From an uncultured Elusimicrobia bacterium (GTDB lineage Bacteria; Elusimicrobiota; Elusimicrobia; UBA1565; UBA9628), in the NCBI GenBank assembly GCA_903881545.1, contig CAIRTQ010000094.1, positions 1,479-65,478 on the forward strand: a DNA stretch of 64,000 bases, written 5' to 3'. This document shows positions 40,040-48,553 of this stretch, piece after piece. The notes under the pieces are model-generated. The model had not been told where the DNA came from. It was given only the letters and a program-made list of their open reading frames with translations, and ran no database searches. The number at the start of each line of letters is the position of its first letter. Positions within the stretch are counted from its first letter, which is position 1. The position numbers were made by a program, and so were the translations under genes.

Positions 40040-41506
40040 TTAGAACAGCTCTGCCTGCGGTGTCTGAGATTCCCCGTCCTTGCGTGATAGGCGGGCCAAT
40101 TCCGGCCAGCCCATCACCAGCGCATTATAGCTTTGAGCGCCCTTACTCCACTGCTTCTTCTCGCAGACGGTGAACAGTTTATAGGCCAGGTCGCGGGCCA
40201 CATCCGCTTTACCGCCCAACTTGCGCAAGAGCGCCGCTGTGGCCGCGTCGCCTCGCTTCTCGGATACATACACGCGCAGCAGGTGATGGGTCATCTCCCA
40301 TACTGTCAGGCGCTTGTCCGTAGTGGGATCCCAGTCAGCCGGCAACTCCTCCGGACGAAGAAGACGGACCTGGTTGCCCTTGACCTCCACGATGCCAGCG
40401 GCGACGAGGCCATTCATGGCAGTGGCCTGCGCATTGGCCAGCAGGTTGGCCTGTCCGGCCTCGCCCCATTCAAATCCCGTGCCGGCGAACCAGGTCACCG
40501 CCCACCGCGTGTCCTTGTCGAGTTCCTCAACGGCCTCACCAAGCAATTCATCCTTCATGCCGTTGATGAGGGCCAGCGCGGTGCGAACGGCCATCGGCTT
40601 GCCATTGCTCTCCAACACGGCGGAGTAGCGGGAAAAGACCGCCATGCCGGGACCGATGGCCGCTTGCGCAAAGTCCACCGGGGCCACGTTGCCCTGTTGT
40701 AGATGGTGTAGCGCTGGCGGTAGCTCGCGTTTTAACTCTGCCACGAACGCATTCCGGCCGACTCGTAGCGCATCCGCCGGGCGCGGCCTACAGGCGAGCA
40801 CGATGTAGGAGGCTAGAGCGTTGGAACCCATCGCGCGCATTCGCCATGCTTGCGATGCGCGTACCGGCCACGTCCCAGTAATCTGGAAGTTGCTTGAGAT
40901 CAGTGCGTCAAGGAGCGTCTCCCAGCCTGTTGTGAGATCAATTCCCGCGGCCTCCGTCGATGCTTCATCCGCACCGCTTCCCTCGTCGTCTTGCTTGAAA
41001 GCGTAGTAAACGGTAAGCGGGAAGTGCGGATCCATCTCGTCCCGCAGGGCCGTGAAAGCCTTCCGGAATCCCGTCTCAAAATGTTGCTTAGCCCTTTCCT
41101 TGTCGCCCTCGAACCGGTCGGGAGAGGCGATCAGTTCCGTCATCTTGGGGACGAGCACGGTACGGAAAATGTCCGGATAATGTTCTCCGATTGTGCGTCT
41201 CAGCCAGACATAGGAGAAGTCCGACAGCGCGCCGTAGCTAATATTGTCGTAGTAGGGCGGATCGGTGCTGACCAGCAAGTTGCGGAGGCCGTTTGCGCCG
41301 GGGCAGCGTCGGCTTGGTGGACTGTCGCTACGGCTTCCGGATTCGGCGTTATCGTCTGAATGGCATCTGCGCATATGTCGACCGCGGTGTGCCAGCACAC
41401 GGCTTTTTCGCCCATTATGTTTGGCTCGACGAAGTCCCAGACCAACCGAATGACCTGTAGTCCGAAGAGATCCATTGACTGCTGACCACTCGCTTTCCAC
41501 CGGCAC
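40040..41506 (-). CDS. DUF1156-family N6-adenine DNA methyltransferase, C-terminal part (real portion begins near nt 41300, containing DPPYYDN motif IV)
   Basis: LLVSTDPPYYDNISY... and the downstream C-terminal domain. Upstream of about 41300 this frame is R/S-rich nonsense. Confidence 0.75.
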   Translation of the reverse strand: MPVESEWSAVNGSLRTTGHSVGLGLRRAKHNGRKSRVLAHRGRHMRRCHSDDNAESGSRSDSPPSRRCPGANGLRNLLVSTDPPYYDNISYGALSDFSYVWLRRTIGEHYPDIFRTVLVPKMTELIASPDRFEGDKERAKQHFETGFRKAFTALRDEMDPHFPLTVYYAFKQDDEGSGADEASTEAAGIDLTTGWETLLDALISSNFQITGTWPVRASQAWRMRAMGSNALASYIVLACRPRPADALRVGRNAFVAELKRELPPALHHLQQGNVAPVDFAQAAIGPGMAVFSRYSAVLESNGKPMAVRTALALINGMKDELLGEAVEELDKDTRWAVTWFAGTGFEWGEAGQANLLANAQATAMNGLVAAGIVEVKGNQVRLLRPEELPADWDPTTDKRLTVWEMTHHLLRVYVSEKRGDAATAALLRKLGGKADVARDLAYKLFTVCEKKQWSKGAQSYNALVMGWPELARLSRKDGESQTPQAELF

Positions 41507-42870
41507 AGAGCATTATTGAAGTCTGCGCAGCGATCAACCGCGAGGGCAAGAAACGTCGCCACCGACTGGGCATAGGCACCGGCCTCTGCATGGGTCCAAC
41601 CCGCCGCAATAGCATCGCGCCGCACGTCCGCGTCGATCTCCTTTACTAGGTCACTCAAAGTCACCATTGCCGTGAGCTGCCGGGGAGTAAAAAGCTGCCA
41701 GTGCTTCCGAATGCCGTAGTTCTGAACCCGGAAGCCTAGTGCTTCATCGGGAAGATCTGTATCTGGGAAGCCCTGCGGTTTGGCTGAATTAGCGGCCTCG
41801 ACCTGCTCCGGGCTTATCGGGATATAAGTACGACCGCGGGGGAGCTCAGCTACAACTGCGAGCATGACGCATCCCAGCCGACCACTTTGCCCTTCACTGC
41901 GAATGTACTCAAATGGGATGGGTGCGTCGGTGAGCAGGCACCGAAACCCCCCCCTGCCTCCCTTCGTTCCCTCATCAATTTGTGTCCGATTTACGGGCGC
42001 TCCCGTCCGCACCACAAACCGGTAAGTACACTTGGCCTTGTCCACCACCGGCTCCATCCAGTGATAAGGCGGCTTCTTGTCCTTCCTTGGGGAATTCAGC
42101 CAATACGTGCTGATGAGCGGCACATGGATGCCTCGTGCCGCAGGGTTCGGGCTAGCAACCGTGCGAGCCCAAATCCATGCGATGACGTTGGCCTCGCCGC
42201 TTCCATTTTCCTTAGGCAGGTGCACCTTAGGGTAAAGACTTCCAATCTTCGCATACGCTCTATGGCGAACCAGCCGCCCGTAGTAGCGTACGTCGGCTGC
42301 GAGTCCGTTCGCGCCGTGCCAAGACTGTGTACCTCCAATCCGCTTACGGTCCTCCGAATTTACGGGCGGTCTATTCACCCAGCGCGGCGCAAGCTCCAGA
42401 TTGCACTTGTTGAGCATCACTGCGATAGGATTTAGGTCGCCTGCGTGGGCTTCAAATCCAAGTCGGTTAGCCTCAAGAGGGATGGATCCACCGCCGGCAA
42501 ACGGGTCAAGCACGGGCGGGAGCTTTCCGTCGCAGTGCTTGAGCATCTCCTCCTGTGCCTCAGCATAGACCTCCGGATGTTCATGGAGTTTCTTGCCCAT
42601 GAGTCGCCGGATGATCCCGAACAGTCGCTCCCGCTCAGCATCCTGCTTGGCCTCGCTCTTGCCCGCCCACGCCGGATTATCCGAAGGATCGGTCACGACC
42701 GAAGCGAACAGCACCGCCCGCGCGGTCGGCAGCGGCAACCGCGCCCACCAGTGGTGGATGCCCTTCGGATGCGGCCCGATTCCCGGCATCTTGTCGTAGG
42801 ACGACGCATCGTTGATCTCTGGCAGCGGGAGCGCCACCTCGATAAGCTTCTTTTTATACGGAACCGTCAT
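41200..42870 (-). CDS. DUF1156-family N6-adenine DNA methyltransferase, N-terminal part (real portion 42870 down to about 41300; frameshifted relative to the C-terminal part)
   Basis: Starts MTVPYKKKLIEVALPLPEIN (DUF1156 signature N-terminus) with SAM-binding DPFAGGGSIP (motif I). The frame degenerates after about 41300. Its ATG overlaps the PIN gene's TGA stop as ATGA. Confidence 0.75.
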   Translation of the reverse strand: MTVPYKKKLIEVALPLPEINDASSYDKMPGIGPHPKGIHHWWARLPLPTARAVLFASVVTDPSDNPAWAGKSEAKQDAERERLFGIIRRLMGKKLHEHPEVYAEAQEEMLKHCDGKLPPVLDPFAGGGSIPLEANRLGFEAHAGDLNPIAVMLNKCNLELAPRWVNRPPVNSEDRKRIGGTQSWHGANGLAADVRYYGRLVRHRAYAKIGSLYPKVHLPKENGSGEANVIAWIWARTVASPNPAARGIHVPLISTYWLNSPRKDKKPPYHWMEPVVDKAKCTYRFVVRTGAPVNRTQIDEGTKGGRGGFRCLLTDAPIPFEYIRSEGQSGRLGCVMLAVVAELPRGRTYIPISPEQVEAANSAKPQGFPDTDLPDEALGFRVQNYGIRKHWQLFTPRQLTAMVTLSDLVKEIDADVRRDAIAAGWTHAEAGAYAQSVATFLALAVDRCADFNNALCRWKASGQQSMDLFGLQVIRLVWDFVEPNIMGEKAVCWHTAVDICADAIQTITPNPEAVATVHQADAAPAQTASATCWSAPIRPTTTILATARCRTSPMSG

Positions 42871-43418
42871 GGGCACGCTCTGAGCAGGCGCGGATGAGAG
42901 GTCAAAACATCGATCCCGCCAGAGGTGAAATCGCCATCGTTGGTGACCAGTTTCCAGCCATGATGACGGCAAGTCTCGGCGAGGAGGCCGTCGTTGAAGT
43001 CATTCACTCCAGTCTCAAAGTCAGCAAGTACTTGCGTGACGTTGGCGGCGGAAAATGGATGGTCGTGCCTAGTGCAGAGTTTAAGCATTTCTCGTGCGTA
43101 CGTGGCGGCGCCTGCCCCCACAGACTTAAAAGCGGGGGATTTGCGGAACATTTTAAAGTCCGGCTGCGCCGCCTTGTGTAATGCAATCCACTCGATCCGG
43201 CAGTAGCGGTTGAGGTACTCGCTGAGGATCAGTGCATCCATAACCAGGCGTGATCCAGCGGTCAGTATGCCCTTCAGGGCGTTCGAATAGCTGGCAGCAC
43301 GCCAATCGGGCTTATTGGACGGGGCCGGATAGAGGTAGAGCCAGACATTGGCATCCAGCAAAAAGGGCTCGTTCTTCTGGAAAGCATACTTGGAGAGGTC
43401 GTGAGCTTTATTCTTCAT
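42867..43418 (-). CDS. PIN-domain nuclease (VapC-like)
   Basis: About 183 aa from MKNKAHDL. Conserved acidic residues in LLDANVWL, DALILSEY and TNDGDF. Confidence 0.7.
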   Translation of the reverse strand: MKNKAHDLSKYAFQKNEPFLLDANVWLYLYPAPSNKPDWRAASYSNALKGILTAGSRLVMDALILSEYLNRYCRIEWIALHKAAQPDFKMFRKSPAFKSVGAGAATYAREMLKLCTRHDHPFSAANVTQVLADFETGVNDFNDGLLAETCRHHGWKLVTNDGDFTSGGIDVLTSHPRLLRACP

Positions 43419-43767
43419 TATTGCCCACCTCTTCCTTCCACGCCGCATCAAATCGTTTCGGGGCTTTGAAATACGCCTTAGCGTTTTCGACCACGCGCTT
43501 GAGGACTATGCGGTCTTCCTCATCCATGTCGCGGACCGAAAGCAGTTCCCTAATTCGGTCTTCAGGGAACTTGCCGTAGAGCTGCCCAATCGCGGCGTTG
43601 AGGAAAGACGAGATCATCGTCTCCACCTGCTCAAAGGAGAGGGAAACTTTCTTCCCCTCGCTCAGCAGGAGAGCGATCTTGTCGTAAACGCGTTGGCCAT
43701 CATCGGCAGATACGCCCAACGGACCACCGACGATATCGAATACACGAACCACAATTGGCTCACTCAT
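43408..43767 (-). CDS. DUF4325-like (STAS-like) small protein
   Basis: 119 aa (MSEPIVVRVFDIVGG...GKKVSLSFEQVETMISSFLNAAIGQLYGKF) resembling the STAS-like DUF4325 family. Overlaps the PIN gene by 11 nt. Assignment is from memory of the family and is unverified. Confidence 0.45.
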   Translation of the reverse strand: MSEPIVVRVFDIVGGPLGVSADDGQRVYDKIALLLSEGKKVSLSFEQVETMISSFLNAAIGQLYGKFPEDRIRELLSVRDMDEEDRIVLKRVVENAKAYFKAPKRFDAAWKEEVGNNEE

Positions 43768-43785
43768 CTTTCCACTCCATTCTGT

Positions 43786-44655
43786 TTAGAAAATGCTCTC
43801 TGGCGGTATCTCCGACGCCAGAACATAGGATTCTGTGTCGGCAGTGTTGATCTCGATGGTCACGGCCGTACCAGGGAAATCTGCAGCCATCTTCGCGAAG
43901 GACTCCTGGCCATCGCCGAACTCGTAAAATCCGAATCGGGAGGCGATCTGAATTCGGCCCTTGTTCAGCCGGACGAATTCCTGAAGAAACTTCAGGCCCA
44001 ATCCCCCCGGTTGAGGCCCTCTCTTCGTGGTATGGCCCTCCTGCAATGCCCAGCGAATCGCATCAACAGAAGACATTTTGCCGCCGAGAAATCGGCGGAC
44101 GCTTTCCCTAATGCCAATGCCCGCATCCACAATCGTCAGATCGAGTCTTTGCTTCTGCGGGAAGAACTGTCCGCAAACGAAGATCCCGAGTTCTGACTCG
44201 GAATGAATCACGGCATTCTGGAAGACCTCAAAAATCTTCTTCTTAAACACTTTGCCGAGCCCTTCGGACATGCGAGGAATGCCCTTGCCTCTCAGGTGCC
44301 GTTCCACGTAATCGGCAAAGAGCCCTTCGTCCGAACGCTGGAGGCGGCGAAACGGAATGGTGGTTCGGTTCACGTCGTCCAACGCCGGGTAACGGTATTG
44401 CGTCAAGAAACCGTTTTTCCGCAAGATGTGTTCCACCATTTCCGGAACGCTGACCACTTCAATGGCATTGAAGCGATCTGCTACTCGCGCCAGCACCGCC
44501 CCGAGAGGGGCAGCCATGTTGGCGGCGAAAAAACCGACTTGGGACAGATCGAGTTCCAAACGACTGGCCGAAAGCATAGCAGTTTCTCTGGCCAACTCCG
44601 CCAGCCGTTCGTATCCATCCCGGCCGCTTTGGACTGTTGGCAAGCGGGAGATCAT
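43786..44655 (-). CDS. GHKL-superfamily ATPase (histidine-kinase/RsbW-like ATP-binding domain) with an unknown N-terminal domain
   Basis: 289 aa with N-box (EVFQNAVIHS), G1 (IVDAGIGI) and G2 (GGLGLKF). Its ATG overlaps the helicase TGA as ATGA. Confidence 0.7.
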   Translation of the reverse strand: MISRLPTVQSGRDGYERLAELARETAMLSASRLELDLSQVGFFAANMAAPLGAVLARVADRFNAIEVVSVPEMVEHILRKNGFLTQYRYPALDDVNRTTIPFRRLQRSDEGLFADYVERHLRGKGIPRMSEGLGKVFKKKIFEVFQNAVIHSESELGIFVCGQFFPQKQRLDLTIVDAGIGIRESVRRFLGGKMSSVDAIRWALQEGHTTKRGPQPGGLGLKFLQEFVRLNKGRIQIASRFGFYEFGDGQESFAKMAADFPGTAVTIEINTADTESYVLASEIPPESIF

Positions 44656-47600
44656 GATGGCGCTCCAGCCCGCTCTAGCAAATCTGCAAAATTGTAATTT
44701 ACGCTGGTCACGCCGAAGTCTGGCTCCCGCCGGAAAGGGTGGCGGACATAATGAACCCGCTGTTTCTCGCCGTCGAATTCAACGATGGCGAGAATGAAGT
44801 CATCGGGTTTGTTGAGCGAGTACAGGATTTCATTCTTGGTGACGGTGATCGTGGCGGCGCCCGTGACGCGTCCCTTCACCTCAATAAAGCGCAGCCGCCC
44901 GGTGCCAGGCACGCGGCTCTCGATGTCGTAGCCCAGCTTCTCGGTCTCGCGGTCGGCGGGGATGAAGCCCAGGCCGCGCTCGACCATCATCACGGCCTCG
45001 CGTGCTCGCGCTGCCGCGGCCAAGGTGTCGGCTGCGACGCGTGGGAGTTCGGCGGAATGACCTGTCATGGCGGCAAGCAGGCCCGCAGGTATCACCACAA
45101 GGCCGCCCAACACGACCGGGGGCAAAGGGGCGATCTGCCGTTCGAGTTTGAGTTCCTCCATCCGCTTCTGCAACCGTCCCTGAAGGGCATCCGCGCGTTT
45201 CCGCGCTTCATCCGAGTTAAGTCGCGCATTAGGCCTGCCCGCCTGTTCCTGGAGCTTAAGCTCTTCGGCGCGGTGGTCCCAATAGCTGATCTCCTTCGTC
45301 AATCGGTCCTGCACCGCCGCCTCGGTCTTAGCAATGAGATCGAGCTTGCGCGCGCGAACCTCATTAAGGTGTTCGGGCACGACATTCGCGACGGCGTACC
45401 CCTGCGCTTTTTGCTCCAGTTCTCGGGTTATCCAAGCGCATTCCGGTCGGGCCAATATCGCGTCCACCGCCGGTTCGCCGTCCGCCAACGGGCGATAATC
45501 CAGGTAGGGCGCATAATGCGGATTGCGCGCGTTGCCGTCCGCCTCCAGTTCCACATAAAGCATCCGCTTGGATATGACGCGACGCTCCCCCGCCGCCATG
45601 GCGGCGGCAGGCAGGCCCGTCCGTGCCAGGCTTGCGTCCTGAATGGCATGCTCCAGATAAAAGAGTACGCGAGGGCGTGTCCCGCAGTCGCGCTCGTCGA
45701 CCAGCACCGTGCCGCGGCGCAGCAAATCGCGATGGCGTTCAAGGGTGAGGTCTATGGTGACGTCCAGTAACGGGTGCCCCGGGCACAGGAATGCGGCCAG
45801 TGGCTGGCCCTGCGGAGCGACCAGGGATTTCTCAAAGGCAACCCGCTCGTAGCGCGACAACAACGGCTCGGCGATTCCAATGAGCCGGTCGCGATTGCGC
45901 AGAGGAGATGGGACATGCGCGATCTCATAGCGGCGCGGTTCGCGCTGCTTAACCGAACCCCCCAAACGCTGGAAGGCATCGAGGAAGAAAGATTCAACGT
46001 AATGGGGTTGCAAACGACGCGCCTCGGCTCGCTCCATCTCCTCGCGAATGCGGTACACGCGAGTGGCGTCCATCGCGTCGTGCGCGAGAGCATGTTCTTC
46101 GAGCAAATCGCGCAACTTGGCAGGGTCCACGGAATTGGCGACCACTTGCGTAAGCTTGGCGCGAACATCGGGGCGTTCCCCGTAACGAATCGCCTCGATC
46201 AAGAGCTCACGCAGAGGTTTTCCCCCAAATTGGAGCTTCCCTAGCACATCAAAGACTTGGCCTCCCAGGGTTTCCCGGGCCTGTTCCAGCTTTTCCAGCA
46301 GAGTTCGGTATACGTCTCCCTCGCGGGTTTCTTCGGCGACGAGATTCCAAAGATGACAGACTTCGGTCTGTCCAATGCGATGAATACGGCCGAACCGTTG
46401 CTCGATACGGTTCGGATTCCATGGCAGATCATAATTCACCATCAGGTGCGCCCGCTGGAGGTTAATCCCTTCGCCAGCGGCATCCGTCGCCAAAAGGACC
46501 TGAACTGCGGGATCGTGTTTGAATGCTTCCTGCGCCTTCATCCGCTCCTCACGGCCCATGCCGCCATGAATCATCACTACTGCTTCCTTTCGCCCAAGAA
46601 GGGTCGTAATTCGATTCTCTAAGTAGTTGAGGGTGTCGCGGTGCTCGGTGAAGAGGACAAGTTTCTGGCGCGGGGACGAAGTCGGCGGCGGGATTGTCGC
46701 AGACCCGTGAGTGAGTGGGCGCTCAGCCACCTGGGTGGCATGGATGGCGGACGTGAAGATTTCGTTTAACAGTTGGGAGAGCTCACGCCACTTCTTATCC
46801 TCACCGCTCCGGCGGAGCGTGAGCGCCAGCGCTTCAAGGCGCTTTAGCGTCGTGATTTCCGCTTTCAGTTCCGAGATTGTTCGCGCCGCGGTCGACTGGT
46901 CGAGAATCTCCTCTTCCGCCGTCTCGACCTCATTATCAGGGGCGTCTTCGAGATCTTCAACATCCTCATCATCCAGCACCGGGATCCCGGCCGCCATGGC
47001 AGGCGCGGTTACGCTCCCCCGCTGGAGTAATTTCAACTCTTCCAGTTTGCTTTCCAACCGTTCGCGACGACGACGCAACGACTGATAGATGGCTTCAGGC
47101 GACGAGGCCAAACGGCGCTGCAAAATAGTGAGCGCAAAACCGACGGTGCCGGCGCGCTTATCGTTCTGAAGCGCATCAGCCCGGTTGAACTCCTCGCGAA
47201 CGTAGTCGGTCACTTCCTTGTAGAGTTGCGCCTCCGCATCGGAGAGCTTGTATGGAACAGTGTAGGCTATCCGTTCCGGAAACAGCGGAGTCGCATCGAA
47301 CTTGAGCAGCCCTTCCTTGACCATGCGCCGCATCAGATCAGAGGCGTCAGAGGCGTGAACGCCATCACGGAAGCGTCCCTCGAATCTATCCCCATCGAGG
47401 AGCGCCATGAAAAGCTGAAAATCCTCTTCCTTGCCATTGTGCGGCGTCGCGGTCATCAGCAAGAAATTCCGGGTCATAGTGGAGAGAAGCTGACCGAGCT
47501 TGTAGCGCTTCGTATACTTGACCTCGCCATTGAATATGCTGGCGGACATCTTATGCGCCTCGTCGCATACGATGAGATCCCATCGGCAGTCGGGAGCTCT

Positions 47601-48257
47601 CAGCTTGTCTTGAACATCCTCATTGCGCGAGAGCTTGTCGAGCCGGGCGATGACCAGGTTTGTCTCAAGGAACCAGTTGCCAGTGCGAGCGGATTCCAGC
47701 TTGTCATTGGTCAATATCTCAAAAGGCAGGTGAAATCGACGATAGAGCTCATCTTGCCATTGCTCGGCCAGACTGCCTGGACAGACCACCATACAACGAT
47801 GCAGGTCTCCTCGGGCAATTAACTCCTTCATGAGGAGCCCTGCCATGATTGTCTTGCCCGCGCCAGGGTCGTCGGCCAACAAAAAGCGCAGGGGTTGACG
47901 CGGCAGCATCGTGTCGTAGACCGCCGTGATCTGGTGCGGGAGTGGCTCAACTACTGAGGTGTGGACGGCAAGGACCGGGTCAAACAAATGGGCCAATCGG
48001 ATCCGATGAGCTTCGGAGACTAGGCGAAACAGCGCGCCATCCCCATCAAAACTCCATGGCCGTCCTTGAAGGGCCACCTCGACACGCGCTTCGTCCTGAC
48101 GATATAAAAGCTCGTTAGACACTTTACCGGCTGGGTCTTTGTAGGTTAACTCAAGGGCGTCCGAGCCGAACCACTGAACATTGACGACAGAGACAAGGCA
48201 TTCCGGTAAAATGCCTCTTACTGAAGCGTTCGGTTTTAGTTCCTCTAGCTTGCTCAT
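44652..48257 (-). CDS. SNF2/DEAD-like superfamily-2 helicase with C-terminal DUF3883 (HmaA-like)
   Basis: 1201 aa from MSKLEELKPN. Motif I (LADDPGAGKT), motif II (DEAH), helicase C-terminal motifs (LLATDAAGEGINLQ, QRFGRIHRIGQ). C-terminal domain (IEVKGRVTG...TKNEILYSLNKPDDFILAIVEF) typical of DUF3883. Confidence 0.85.
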   Translation of the reverse strand: MSKLEELKPNASVRGILPECLVSVVNVQWFGSDALELTYKDPAGKVSNELLYRQDEARVEVALQGRPWSFDGDGALFRLVSEAHRIRLAHLFDPVLAVHTSVVEPLPHQITAVYDTMLPRQPLRFLLADDPGAGKTIMAGLLMKELIARGDLHRCMVVCPGSLAEQWQDELYRRFHLPFEILTNDKLESARTGNWFLETNLVIARLDKLSRNEDVQDKLRAPDCRWDLIVCDEAHKMSASIFNGEVKYTKRYKLGQLLSTMTRNFLLMTATPHNGKEEDFQLFMALLDGDRFEGRFRDGVHASDASDLMRRMVKEGLLKFDATPLFPERIAYTVPYKLSDAEAQLYKEVTDYVREEFNRADALQNDKRAGTVGFALTILQRRLASSPEAIYQSLRRRRERLESKLEELKLLQRGSVTAPAMAAGIPVLDDEDVEDLEDAPDNEVETAEEEILDQSTAARTISELKAEITTLKRLEALALTLRRSGEDKKWRELSQLLNEIFTSAIHATQVAERPLTHGSATIPPPTSSPRQKLVLFTEHRDTLNYLENRITTLLGRKEAVVMIHGGMGREERMKAQEAFKHDPAVQVLLATDAAGEGINLQRAHLMVNYDLPWNPNRIEQRFGRIHRIGQTEVCHLWNLVAEETREGDVYRTLLEKLEQARETLGGQVFDVLGKLQFGGKPLRELLIEAIRYGERPDVRAKLTQVVANSVDPAKLRDLLEEHALAHDAMDATRVYRIREEMERAEARRLQPHYVESFFLDAFQRLGGSVKQREPRRYEIAHVPSPLRNRDRLIGIAEPLLSRYERVAFEKSLVAPQGQPLAAFLCPGHPLLDVTIDLTLERHRDLLRRGTVLVDERDCGTRPRVLFYLEHAIQDASLARTGLPAAAMAAGERRVISKRMLYVELEADGNARNPHYAPYLDYRPLADGEPAVDAILARPECAWITRELEQKAQGYAVANVVPEHLNEVRARKLDLIAKTEAAVQDRLTKEISYWDHRAEELKLQEQAGRPNARLNSDEARKRADALQGRLQKRMEELKLERQIAPLPPVVLGGLVVIPAGLLAAMTGHSAELPRVAADTLAAAARAREAVMMVERGLGFIPADRETEKLGYDIESRVPGTGRLRFIEVKGRVTGAATITVTKNEILYSLNKPDDFILAIVEFDGEKQRVHYVRHPFRREPDFGVTSVNYNFADLLERAGAPS

Positions 48258-48553
48258 TTGAGAAGACGCATCCCAGCATCCCATCGCCCGGTAGAAAATG
48301 ATTCTATAAAACCAGCACTAGGCCGGGCTAAGCGCAAGGGCACCATTCAGTCGAGTAGGAGATTTTAGCATGATTGGGCCATCGGGATGCGGCAGACTGA
48401 CAATAGTGCTGGCCGAACTCGACGGCGATAGGACGTAAACTGGTCTCCTCGGCGGCACCTGCGCTTCGCTTAGTGCCGCCGGTTGCGCCCGGCATACGGC
48501 CGCCGGGCGCTCGCTACGGCAAAGCCCGAACTTTATTGTCCCTTATCCGGCGG

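Noticed and set aside
34793-48257. Classifying the island as BREX or DISARM
   Set aside because: DUF499 ATPase is shared with BREX, but there is no PglZ, BrxA/BrxB, BrxL or PglX-type methylase. There is no DrmA/DrmB/PLD for DISARM. The methylase is DUF1156-type and the helicase carries DUF3883, which fits the Hma-type triad instead.
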